Part shown: positions 1 through 8,167 of the stretch, piece by piece
Numbering within the stretch: the first letter of the stretch is position 1
Layout of the letters: each line of letters starts with the position of its first letter
IMG/VR virus record: IMGVR_UViG_3300032213_002070
Coordinates: 1-64,000 of that record
Direction: 5' to 3' (one strand)
Length of the DNA stretch: 64,000 bases
Origin: a virus
Notes under the pieces: model-generated
The model's input: only the letters and a program-made list of their open reading frames with translations
Database searches by the model: none
What the model was told of the DNA's origin: nothing
Program-made: the position numbers and the translations under genes

Positions 1-247
1 GGTGTTCGTTAACTATGATTTGATTAGGAAGTAGCTTCTGTAGAGCTGCGGTTAATGCAGTCTGTCCTCTTGACGATTTTTTCTTCTTTTCCTTAACCCA
101 TCCTAAACCCAAAGAATTAATTTTTTTATTTAATTGAGGAAAGGATAAACCAAGTTCTTTGGCAATTGCTGTTAAGGATAAGTCTGAATCAAATAAAAGA
201 TCTATAAGAAACAGATCGTCATCTTTATCTTTAAACTCCCTTTTCAT
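1..247 (-). CDS. HTH-containing protein, possibly followed by a PD-(D/E)XK/Vsr-like nuclease domain (3' end beyond window)
   Basis: Not in ORF track. Manual translation from ATG at 247: MKKEFKDKDDDLFLIDLLFDSDLSLTAIAKELGLSFPQLNKKINSLGLGWVKEKKKKSSRGQTALTAALQKLLPNQIIVNEH..., open to window edge. SLTAIAKELGLS is HTH-like; the S-RGQ..L....IVNE segment resembles the start of DUF559/Vsr-like nucleases. Confidence 0.6.
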   Translation of the reverse strand, partial: MKREFKDKDDDLFLIDLLFDSDLSLTAIAKELGLSFPQLNKKINSLGLGWVKEKKKKSSRGQTALTAALQKLLPNQIIVNEH

Positions 248-905
248 TTTGAGCCGCCCTATTAACCAGTCTAGCTCTAGCAAAACTAATTACTTTTCCA
301 AAATCGATGATAGAAAAACCAAGGTTATTCCATATCTTTTCAGCTAAAGCTGCTGATAGCAGTGGGCAGTCCAGTACTACTGTATCAACTTTACCAGTAA
401 ACTTTGATAAGCTTTCGCAAATTGAATCTACCTTGTCGTAATAGTCATTGTATTGGACATATATTGACTCCATTGGTGCGCCTAATACTTTAGAGATAAT
501 TTTTCTATCATGAAAAGTAACTATAACATATGGATTATATCTAATATAAAAATCTACAAACGAATTAAAAGCTACTTCATTATTATTAAAATAATTTTCA
601 AGAGTAGTAGAGTTGTAATAAAGCTGGCTTGTATCTACGCTAGAATAATCTAAATCATTTTCCGGATCGTTTGAATGGACAAACGCAGCTGGAATAGCTT
701 TCATAAAAGAAGGATCATTTATGTTAAACGATTTAGTAATAGATTCGCTAAAGTCCTTTGAGGTCTTCTTGGAATCGGAACCACTCATTGCGATTAATGC
801 TGAACGCGGAAAGTTAACATAAGCATAACGTTCGCCAGTTAACATTTTTGCAGTTAAATCCTGAATCGTTTGTGCTTGAGTTGCTATTTTAATTTCTTTT
901 CCCAT
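231..905 (-). CDS. putative GT-D fold-like glycosyltransferase (degenerate)
   Basis: ORF track 231..941; better start ATG 905 with AAGGA RBS. N-terminal AYVNF and C-terminal VVLDCPLLSAALAEKI...IIDFG resemble GT-D/DUF1792-like patterns, but the canonical RFGDGE is absent. Adjacent to a GT2 gene. Confidence 0.4.
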   Translation of the reverse strand: MGKEIKIATQAQTIQDLTAKMLTGERYAYVNFPRSALIAMSGSDSKKTSKDFSESITKSFNINDPSFMKAIPAAFVHSNDPENDLDYSSVDTSQLYYNSTTLENYFNNNEVAFNSFVDFYIRYNPYVIVTFHDRKIISKVLGAPMESIYVQYNDYYDKVDSICESLSKFTGKVDTVVLDCPLLSAALAEKIWNNLGFSIIDFGKVISFARARLVNRAAQNEKGV

Positions 906-915
906 GATATATTCC

Positions 916-1617
916 TTATATTCCGAAACTGCCCCAGTCAATTAAGACTGGATTAGGATCTACTATTGAGTTAATATGATCTAATGCGTGAAATTCTCCA
1001 CCATCTAATGTTGAATACCTTTGATGCTTAGAGATTTTATCTTCATCTTTTACGTACCCTAAATGTTTCATAATTAAATTTGAATTTAACCAGAAATTCT
1101 GTTGTCTGATCCAATCAACTACATAAGTTGGTTCTGATCCACATGCAAGTTTTCTATTATTAAATCCACCATTTTCTTTAAATCTAAAGATTCTACTGCT
1201 ATTATTCGGTGCCCAAAGTTTATCTGTGCGCCATTGTGTTTCATTCCACATATGGTAGAAACGAACGTTGACAACGTCAAATGGAGACTGAGACAATACT
1301 GAACGTATATCTATGCTAGACAAATTATTTTTATCATACAGCATTTCGTCACAATCAATCGCAATAATCCAATCACCTAACGAAGCATGTTGAGACATAT
1401 TACCCCATGCAAATGCTCTTAATTGACCTTCATGTTTTGTGAACAGTGGTTCTGGAGTTGAATAAACTTCACAGTATTTTTTTGCTATCTTAGCAGTATT
1501 ATCATCTGAGCAATCATCGGTAAAAATAATCTTATCAACCTGCTGAGATAATCTATCTAGAACTTCTTCTAGATATCTTCCTTCTTCATTTCTGCCAACC
1601 ATTTGAGCGTATATCAT
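916..1617 (-). CDS. glycosyltransferase family 2 (GT-A fold)
   Basis: GRNEE, IIFTDDCSDDNT and WIIAIDCDE (DxD) motifs; C-terminal HLGY; AAGGA RBS. Confidence 0.85.
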   Translation of the reverse strand: MIYAQMVGRNEEGRYLEEVLDRLSQQVDKIIFTDDCSDDNTAKIAKKYCEVYSTPEPLFTKHEGQLRAFAWGNMSQHASLGDWIIAIDCDEMLYDKNNLSSIDIRSVLSQSPFDVVNVRFYHMWNETQWRTDKLWAPNNSSRIFRFKENGGFNNRKLACGSEPTYVVDWIRQQNFWLNSNLIMKHLGYVKDEDKISKHQRYSTLDGGEFHALDHINSIVDPNPVLIDWGSFGI

Positions 1618-1631
1618 ATATTTCCTTGGAG

Positions 1632-1670
1632 AATAAAAAAGTGACGCATACTGCGAGTAGAATGCGCCAC
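1632..1670 (-). terminator. intrinsic terminator
   Basis: Minus strand GTGGCGCAT-N12-ATGCGTCAC (9-bp stem with one G-U) followed by TTTTTTATT. Confidence 0.7.
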
Positions 1671-1689
1671 CTTTAAATGGATAGAATAA

Positions 1690-1872
1690 TTAGATTTCGA
1701 GCATTTCTCGGACTTCAACAGCCGAGATACGTTCTACGTCAGTGCGATTAGAGATTACTTCTCCCTTTACTCCGCGCTTACCAAGCGCTACTTTTTCTGC
1801 CTCAGCTTTATTCTTTGCCTTGACAATGTAGCTTGTACTAACTTCGAAGTAATTAAACTTATTATCTGCCAT
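1690..1872 (-). CDS. small hypothetical protein (V-x-A-x-x-x-x-E-A type domain)
   Basis: 60-aa ORF with AGGA RBS; IVKAKNKAEAEKVALG...GEV motif shared with the N-terminus of 31482..32690. Confidence 0.7.
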   Translation of the reverse strand: MADNKFNYFEVSTSYIVKAKNKAEAEKVALGKRGVKGEVISNRTDVERISAVEVREMLEI

Positions 1873-1881
1873 TCTATTTTC

Positions 1882-2295
1882 CTATCTATTAGCTGGGTAT
1901 GTATGAGATATATATTCTACAGCTTCTTCTAGTGTGTCTGCAAGTTTTGTGGCAAGAAATTTAAGATATTTTCTATGCTGCAAATCTTGGTGCGCCCAAA
2001 CAATTATTGGTTGATTATTAAAGTGCGCCCAGGTCATTTCAAAGTCTGTACCGATGTATGCTCTATAAAGTAATCTGTATTCTACTAAAATTATATCACA
2101 GCTTTTTTGCAAGAAGAGATTTTTATCTACTATTTCTTTTGGTGAGCAGTCTTCTTCCTCCAACGCATACTGCATTGGATTGACTGCCTTAAAACCTCTA
2201 TGATCTAGCAGTGCAGTAGCTTCGTCTCTCCAACTATACTTAAAGTCAGATTGGACATCTTCTATAGCGCCTGATAAAAACACTCTAGTTTGCAT
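1882..2295 (-). CDS. nucleoside 2-deoxyribosyltransferase-like / nucleotide N-glycosidase (NDT/Rcl/MilB superfamily)
   Basis: RVFLSGAI start, CDIILV, GTDFEMTWA (conserved catalytic Glu), NQPIIV. Confidence 0.75.
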   Translation of the reverse strand: MQTRVFLSGAIEDVQSDFKYSWRDEATALLDHRGFKAVNPMQYALEEEDCSPKEIVDKNLFLQKSCDIILVEYRLLYRAYIGTDFEMTWAHFNNQPIIVWAHQDLQHRKYLKFLATKLADTLEEAVEYISHTYPANR

Positions 2296-2710
2296 TAGCT
2301 ACCTCTTTAGCTGGCCAATAGTATGAAAGATTAGGATCTTCATCAAAATATTGGGAATAATATTCATAATCTTTACGCAATAGATTAGACCTATGTGATC
2401 GATGAAATTCTTCTAAGCCAAACCATGGTGGCATAACTACTGAATCTATATCTATATCTTCTAATAGCATGGTGTTTTTGTAACCTCTGCTAATCCACTC
2501 TTGAATGGTGTAGTTCTGATAGAGCTGTAGAGCTGATTCATAGCCGGTCCACATAACAGTAACCGGATGATTGCGCCAACCTTTTGTTGGAGTGCGATCA
2601 AGTAAGATGTTTAAGACTTGGAAAGTTTCTACTCGTTGCTTTCCAAGTCTACGATAATCTAATACCCGAACTGACTCTTGCAAATTTGCGTATGGTAAAA
2701 ATGTTTGCAT
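2285..2710 (-). CDS. MSMEG_6728-like / pyrimidine dimer DNA glycosylase (endonuclease V-like) family protein
   Basis: MQTFLPY...LDYRRLGKQRVE...GWRNHP..MW.GY...PPW.G....H.SHRSNLLRKD signature. Confidence 0.85.
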   Translation of the reverse strand: MQTFLPYANLQESVRVLDYRRLGKQRVETFQVLNILLDRTPTKGWRNHPVTVMWTGYESALQLYQNYTIQEWISRGYKNTMLLEDIDIDSVVMPPWFGLEEFHRSHRSNLLRKDYEYYSQYFDEDPNLSYYWPAKEVANAN

Positions 2711-3111
2711 TATGCCTTCTTGAATTCCTCAAAAGTTTTGTCGCCTACGCCAAAGTATTCTCTAGCTAATCCAGCCTTAACAATTTCAGTGTTAAGACAT
2801 TCTCCAGCTTCATTCCATACTCTGGCAAGAATTCTTCCATACTTCTCATTCTTATCAAGAATTGTTTCAATCTTAATTTTATGATTAGCTTTAGTTAACC
2901 ACTGATCTGTAAATTCTTTTGCAGCCAATCCCATTTTCTTTTCTTCAAGGTTAGTTGTGCGGCTTTCTGGAGTGTTAACACCATAGAGTCTAACGCTCTT
3001 AGGGCCGAACTTAACTTCAAAACCAAGATCAACAACGACCTTAAAAGTATCTCCGTCTACTACCTTAATTACTTCTGCGTTATATAAATAAACATTAAAT
3101 TGATCTGACAT
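2710..3111 (-). CDS. thermonuclease (SNase-like) family nuclease
   Basis: KVVDGDTF, VRLYGVNTPE, EKYGRILA, GLAREY motifs. Probable start ATG 3111 (track extends to 3195). Confidence 0.9.
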   Translation of the reverse strand: MSDQFNVYLYNAEVIKVVDGDTFKVVVDLGFEVKFGPKSVRLYGVNTPESRTTNLEEKKMGLAAKEFTDQWLTKANHKIKIETILDKNEKYGRILARVWNEAGECLNTEIVKAGLAREYFGVGDKTFEEFKKA

Positions 3112-3142
3112 TTTATCTTCTTTCTGTTGTTCCGTATAGTAT

Positions 3143-3151
3143 AGTATATCA
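3143..3151 (-). promoter_or_regulatory. candidate extended -10 promoter (TGaTATACT)
   Basis: TG-n-TATACT about 30 nt upstream of the thermonuclease start; identical 9-mer at 11473..11481. Confidence 0.35.
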
Positions 3152-3532
3152 TTACTCTTCAAGATCTTCGTCCCAATCAGCTTCAAACTCTTCATTTGTT
3201 ATAAGATGTTTGTCTGCACCAGTAATCCATTTGCCCACTATTTTAGTTCTCCAATATTCTTTTGGCCCTAATGGATAGCGTTCAGCCTCTTCGTTCTCAT
3301 TATCTAGCTCTTCTCCAAAGTAACCATCATGCTGAGCAATCATTATCTCATAGATGCTAAGGTCATGGGCAAATCGACGGACATAAACATCTACACATTC
3401 GTCTTTCCACCATCTAGGCATTGTGCCTTTGTTTAAATAAAGCTTAACTACTTTATCTCCTGTGCCAATGGTTAGCATTCCGTCTTTGTCATGGGCGGCT
3501 TTGCCAACCCATTCTGCTGGTAATATTGTCAT
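3152..3532 (-). CDS. hypothetical protein
   Basis: 126-aa ORF with strong AGGAG RBS and acidic C-terminus. Confidence 0.75.
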   Translation of the reverse strand: MTILPAEWVGKAAHDKDGMLTIGTGDKVVKLYLNKGTMPRWWKDECVDVYVRRFAHDLSIYEIMIAQHDGYFGEELDNENEEAERYPLGPKEYWRTKIVGKWITGADKHLITNEEFEADWDEDLEE

Positions 3533-3546
3533 ATTATTTTTCTCCT

Positions 3547-3592
3547 AAAATAAAAATCCCTGCCAGCCCACGAAGGATAGAGCTGGCAGGGA
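3547..3592 (-). terminator. intrinsic terminator downstream of the AIPR-like gene
   Basis: Perfect 11-bp inverted repeat TCCCTGCCAGC (3557-3567) / GCTGGCAGGGA (3582-3592); followed on the minus strand by TTTTTATTTT. Confidence 0.75.
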
Positions 3593-3621
3593 AATTATTT
3601 TTGTATTAGCTGATAGTCTAA

Positions 3622-5160
3622 TTAATTAGCTGTTAAAGTTTTAACAACTTTTACTGCTGGTTTAGGGCTGCTTGTTATTGGTTTGTTATATTTGTTATGA
3701 ATAAGCAATTTTTTAGGTGGTTCAATTAGTAGAGCAGCAGGTTTCCAAAGCGTTTGATTGTCTAGATACTGTCTAATGATATCATAAGCTCCTTCCCACA
3801 ACTTTTCATCGCGCATAAGGACACTTACTTCTTTTTTAGAACCCATTTGCTCAAATCTTTCAGAAATAGTTGCCATATACGATGGACCAACTTCATCAAT
3901 AATTGAAATTATATCCCTATATTGAAGTTGGATAAGACGATCTATACCATTTCCATCTGGATAGTTGGTTGATAACCAGTTCCAATCTCCTTTAGAGTTT
4001 GTATTAAGATACTGAGACAATCCAAAACATAATGGGTGTGCTAAAGATCTTACTAATACTTTCTTTTTATCAACAAGAGATTTTTGTTTTTCTTGTTCTA
4101 AAAAGATTATGTTTTTAAAGTTGCTTTCTTTTGGATCTAAGAAACCAAGCTGCGTTTGAGGAGCGCACCAATTAATAGCGTTTAGTCTTATGTAATCATG
4201 AATCATCAAAAGGTACGCAGAAACTGGAGCTAACTTTTGCAGTTGGGCACTTAATGGATCATTGTCTTTTGATAATCGACTGGTTATACTACTTCTTGCA
4301 GCGTGTACTCTTAACGCTTTTGATTCTTTGTGAGGAAACGCTTCTCTATTAAACATCTGCAGTACTTGCAGAGCTTCTTCAACATTTAAGGCGCTGTCTG
4401 CTCCAGAAATAAATCTGATTCTCTTAGAGAGATTTGGATTAAGTTCTTTAAGATATTTATCTTCGTCATACCCATCAGCTTCTCCATCCAAAGCTTTAAT
4501 AAACCAGTTAATTTTTCCTGCGTGATGAAGCTGCGCCCAAGCTTCAACTTTATTCGCTTCGTTTAAGGTATGGGAGATCTGACGAGCTTGTGATTCTGTA
4601 TAACCTCTTGAAAAGACTATGTCCATATATTGAGAGTTTAAAGCGTCTTGAGGAGCTGTATTACCTTTTGCAGACTCTTGTGCTGCAATTTCTTGAGCTG
4701 CAATAATGGCATAAACGCGGTTGCCACCATTCCCAATTCCTTGCCAAGGTTGATTAAATGTAACGGAAATTTCTCTTAAAGTCACGCCGTTACTATCGGT
4801 AATTGTCTTACCAGTTTCCACAAGTGAATTGCAGAATACTGTAATGTGATCTAACTTTTTTCTCATTACAACTTGATCAACTTGACGTTCAATCGGGTAT
4901 AACGCATCTTGGGTTATATTGCAGTATGGTTCTTTTTCTGGAGTTGGGATGCGTGGGTTTGGACCAGTTTCACCGGGCTCATAACCTACGGGTAGCTCAG
5001 GCACAAAAGACAATGGTATAGTTAATTGATCATCTTTTAATACTTTAAAATCAGATAAAGAAGATGAAGAGTTAGGATCATCCATTTTGAAATGTTTGAC
5101 AACCCAAATCTTAAATTCTTTTGGGTTATTAATTGACGGTAATTCGTATTGCTTTTTCAT
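3622..5160 (-). CDS. AIPR-like (ParB/Srx-superfamily-related) protein
   Basis: PNPR motif, GIGNGGNR (cf. AIPR G-I-V-N/D-G-G-Q/H-T), then ISHTLNEANKV...AGKINWFIKAL resembling the AIPR core. Confidence 0.5.
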   Translation of the reverse strand: MKKQYELPSINNPKEFKIWVVKHFKMDDPNSSSSLSDFKVLKDDQLTIPLSFVPELPVGYEPGETGPNPRIPTPEKEPYCNITQDALYPIERQVDQVVMRKKLDHITVFCNSLVETGKTITDSNGVTLREISVTFNQPWQGIGNGGNRVYAIIAAQEIAAQESAKGNTAPQDALNSQYMDIVFSRGYTESQARQISHTLNEANKVEAWAQLHHAGKINWFIKALDGEADGYDEDKYLKELNPNLSKRIRFISGADSALNVEEALQVLQMFNREAFPHKESKALRVHAARSSITSRLSKDNDPLSAQLQKLAPVSAYLLMIHDYIRLNAINWCAPQTQLGFLDPKESNFKNIIFLEQEKQKSLVDKKKVLVRSLAHPLCFGLSQYLNTNSKGDWNWLSTNYPDGNGIDRLIQLQYRDIISIIDEVGPSYMATISERFEQMGSKKEVSVLMRDEKLWEGAYDIIRQYLDNQTLWKPAALLIEPPKKLLIHNKYNKPITSSPKPAVKVVKTLTAN

Positions 5161-5240
5161 TTTTATTTCTTTCCGACGGAGCCTTTGGAGCTTGGTCTAT
5201 ATTTTGTTTTATTGGGAACTGGATTGTTCTCAACACTTAT

Positions 5241-5269
5241 ATACTATCAGGCAATATCCCCTAATGCAA
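5241..5269 (-). promoter_or_regulatory. sigma70-type promoter for the AIPR-like gene
   Basis: Minus strand TTGCAT-17 nt-TAGTAT with TG extension, in the 137-nt intergenic gap about 80 nt upstream of ATG 5160. Confidence 0.55.
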
Positions 5270-5297
5270 CTCGTAGAGGAATATTTATTAGATTTTT

Positions 5298-6101
5298 TTA
5301 ATCTCTTTCTATTCCTATGTAATCGCAGGCTTTGCGAAATATTGATTGACTTACTGTGAATTGGGCATCGGCGTGACTGTAGCCTTCTCCAGGTTTTGGA
5401 GACGACGCATGCCAACTGTGACCAATCGATACGCTACCATCATACACTACATTGTACCCTAAATGACGAGCAAAATAAGAACACCAAGTTTCTTCGTAAT
5501 AATGTGGTGTTGGCAGGAAAGCGCCTTTGATACCAGGAAACATTTCTTGGTACTTCTCATTATTAGTCATGGCATTCCATACATTTCTTCTAATAAAATA
5601 TGCAGACCCAGAAACCGTAACACAGTTAACCCTATCTCTATAGAGATTATCCTCACGATCAACTTCATTCCAACCTCTATGACGAGGAGCTGTATTGGTG
5701 CCTACTATACCAGCATGTTTGATGTTGCCATATTCATCTCTTTGCTTTGGGCCAAGAATATGAACGTCTGGTTCTTGATTAAAAATTTGACATATTTTCC
5801 TGATGTCCTCATTAGTAAACCATACGTCTGCATTGAGGATGCCAATAACACTATTAGATCCTCTTGCTGCAAGTTTGTTAATAGCTGCTGAGTATCCAAT
5901 GTTTTTATTTAAATCAATTCTATCTATCTGATATCTGTCGTCGTTTTCCCTTAGCCATTCAACTGTATCATCGCTAGAATCATTGTCAGCTACATATAGA
6001 TTCCAAAACTTATTATCCGTACCTACACCCTCATGTAAATTATCTAATAGTCTTTGTAGGAGTGGCCTAGTATTGTAATTAACTACACATAAATCTATCA
6101 T
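5298..6101 (-). CDS. glycosyltransferase family 2 (WbbL/rhamnosyltransferase-like)
   Basis: VVNYNT, VADNDSSDDT, NIGYSAAIN, ILNADV, VSGSAYFIRR, YYEET motifs. Confidence 0.88.
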   Translation of the reverse strand: MIDLCVVNYNTRPLLQRLLDNLHEGVGTDNKFWNLYVADNDSSDDTVEWLRENDDRYQIDRIDLNKNIGYSAAINKLAARGSNSVIGILNADVWFTNEDIRKICQIFNQEPDVHILGPKQRDEYGNIKHAGIVGTNTAPRHRGWNEVDREDNLYRDRVNCVTVSGSAYFIRRNVWNAMTNNEKYQEMFPGIKGAFLPTPHYYEETWCSYFARHLGYNVVYDGSVSIGHSWHASSPKPGEGYSHADAQFTVSQSIFRKACDYIGIERD

Positions 6102-6388
6102 ATGTTTCTGTCATCTTCTACCACAGCTTTAAAGGCGTCATCTTTATTTAGACCAAGATCAATATACTTTTCATATCTATTGTATGCTTCTTGTATATTC
6201 TTTTGATCAAAGAATTCTATAAAACTACTTTTTGGATTATACATTTTTGTTGCTTCAAAAAGTTTTGCGTCGGTAAAAAAGTTTGTTTCCATCATCTTTT
6301 TTCTTTTTTGACCATAAGCCACGTACACTCCAATAGCCATGCAGGTCGCAACAATAATTAAACTAGGCCCAGTTTTCTTCTTCGTCAT
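6098..6388 (-). CDS. hypothetical membrane-anchored protein
   Basis: Probable start ATG 6388 with GGGAG RBS; hydrophobic SLIIVATCMAIGVYVAY segment. Confidence 0.65.
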   Translation of the reverse strand: MTKKKTGPSLIIVATCMAIGVYVAYGQKRKKMMETNFFTDAKLFEATKMYNPKSSFIEFFDQKNIQEAYNRYEKYIDLGLNKDDAFKAVVEDDRNI

Positions 6389-6605
6389 ATATATCTCCCG
6401 TGTATTGATTTTCTGCAATTGCTTTAGTTGCTTCTTCACTAATTTTTAAAAGATCTAAGCGCTCTTTCTCGTCTTTTATACTAGCAGATAAATGTATCAA
6501 TGCTGTTGATACTTGGAACATTTGTTGAGCGTCAAGAATTATATATGTTTGCCCAGGAAGTAATTTAATATTTACTTTCTTTTTATTGATTTGTTTTTTA
6601 GCCAT
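6363..6605 (-). CDS. hypothetical protein
   Basis: 80-aa ORF overlapping its neighbours in an operon-like chain. Confidence 0.7.
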   Translation of the reverse strand: MAKKQINKKKVNIKLLPGQTYIILDAQQMFQVSTALIHLSASIKDEKERLDLLKISEEATKAIAENQYTGDIYDEEENWA

Positions 6606-6840
6606 CTTTCTTTCTTACTTTCTTTACCTTTACTTCTTCAATGTCTTCGTCATCTAATGATACAGGATAAACGCAAAAAGAACTACTGTCTGGTTCAAAG
6701 GTAGCAAACAATATTCGCTTGTCTTCGTTGGTGTAACCCTCTGGCGGTGTAGATTCTAAGGCAATTTTTTTAGAGGAACAGCCATAGACCTGACTGTGGT
6801 TCTTGTATAAAACAATATAATTTAATTTAGAAGCTGCCAT
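6598..6840 (-). CDS. hypothetical protein
   Basis: 80-aa ORF, translationally coupled to neighbours. Confidence 0.7.
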   Translation of the reverse strand: MAASKLNYIVLYKNHSQVYGCSSKKIALESTPPEGYTNEDKRILFATFEPDSSSFCVYPVSLDDEDIEEVKVKKVRKKDG

Positions 6841-7294
6841 TATCCATAACCTTTACAGTGTTTATATTAGCCTTTAATAAAAAAGATTCTACTTCTTCCC
6901 AGTTTTCATAATCAAAATCATGTAGGTAGTATACAGTATTTAAAGTGCTATTTGCTATCAGTTTAGCGCAACTAAAACATGGTGGACCATTGACATATAT
7001 CTTAGTTGGTCTTGAGCTGTAGTCTGAATGAAGTAGGGCATTTGCTTCTGCATGTATTGCTATGCAGTTGTCATAGGCTGAGCCGCTCTTAGAGCCTTCT
7101 AGGAAGCGTTTACAGCCCCCCTCGTTACAGTGTGTGAACCCTCTAGGCCCTCCATTGTAACCGAAGCCAACTATATGGTTGTAGTCATCTACTAAAATAG
7201 CTGCATATTGTTTCTTACCACAGGTAGAGAAGATCTTAGAACTTGTTATACACAGGTTCATGAATTGAATATCTTTTTTATTTACTAAATTCAT
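6827..7294 (-). CDS. dCMP deaminase (cytidine/deoxycytidylate deaminase family)
   Basis: STC, GYNG, HAEANAL and PCFSC zinc-binding motifs. Confidence 0.9.
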   Translation of the reverse strand: MNLVNKKDIQFMNLCITSSKIFSTCGKKQYAAILVDDYNHIVGFGYNGGPRGFTHCNEGGCKRFLEGSKSGSAYDNCIAIHAEANALLHSDYSSRPTKIYVNGPPCFSCAKLIANSTLNTVYYLHDFDYENWEEVESFLLKANINTVKVMDNGSF

Positions 7295-7461
7295 AAATTA
7301 ATAGAGAACAACAATCCCGCTATAGCGCCTATTAAAATAGCTAAACTAATTGATATAGTTTTAATACTTTTTTCCTGGGTTGATCTATTTAACATCTGTA
7401 AACTTATCACCCAATTAAGAAGCAGTGAAAATAGAATAGGAATAAAAATAAACTTAATCAT
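7291..7461 (-). CDS. small two-TM membrane protein (56 aa)
   Basis: Not in ORF track. MIKFIFIPILFSLLLNWVISLQMLNRSTQEKSIKTISISLAILIGAIAGLLFSINL*; fills the gap exactly, with an ATGA overlap with the deaminase start. Confidence 0.7.
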   Translation of the reverse strand: MIKFIFIPILFSLLLNWVISLQMLNRSTQEKSIKTISISLAILIGAIAGLLFSINL

Positions 7462-8167
7462 TTTGATCAACTAATCTATTAATTGAAACTGGAAACTTTT
7501 GTTTAGCTAATTCATAGACAGCTTTAGCATATTCCTGTATCTCTACTTGGGAATCTTCTCTTAACCTTTGATTTAAAAAGAGAGATAGTGATTGCAGGCT
7601 GCATGACCATCTATACGAAACATACATACCGTATGCCGGAAGAAATAGTCTAGCTTGTTCTGGTGCAATCCCTTGCTCCATAGCCATGTTGTATATAGAT
7701 TCACATTTATCTATTAAATTTTTTAACTCTACGCTTAAAGTAGAACCTATCCAAGGTCCAGCTAATCCTGCTGACCCTTGTTTTTTATTTTCTGGAGCTA
7801 GTCTCCATTGTTCTGAATTAGGAATATAAAATTCTGGATTCATTGTGATGTATCTTCTAGAAGATTCGTTCCATGAATCCATAGTGTGATCAGAACCAAC
7901 TACATACTTCCAATGTTGACGGGCAACCATCAGAGGTGCTTTAAATTCAAAGGTCATAAATGCATGTCTAAAAGGAGACATGTGATTTTCTCTTGCTAGA
8001 AAATCTATTAACCTAGCATCGTGTACTGTTAGTTCTTTTGCCTCTTTTGCAAAAGAAGCTCTAGCCGCGTTTACGATAGATAGGTCATCACCCATTGTGT
8101 CGACTAATCTAACGTACCCTTTATCTAGTACTTGAATGTAGTTTTCTTCATTCTCTGTCATCATCAT
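7454..8167 (-). CDS. thyX: FAD-dependent thymidylate synthase ThyX
   Basis: GYVRLVD.MGDD..IVNAARASF, HMSPF, ARQ, NESSRRY, EQARLFLP, QVEIQEYA. Start is one of three consecutive ATGs (track starts at 8188). Confidence 0.92.
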   Translation of the reverse strand: MMMTENEENYIQVLDKGYVRLVDTMGDDLSIVNAARASFAKEAKELTVHDARLIDFLARENHMSPFRHAFMTFEFKAPLMVARQHWKYVVGSDHTMDSWNESSRRYITMNPEFYIPNSEQWRLAPENKKQGSAGLAGPWIGSTLSVELKNLIDKCESIYNMAMEQGIAPEQARLFLPAYGMYVSYRWSCSLQSLSLFLNQRLREDSQVEIQEYAKAVYELAKQKFPVSINRLVDQND

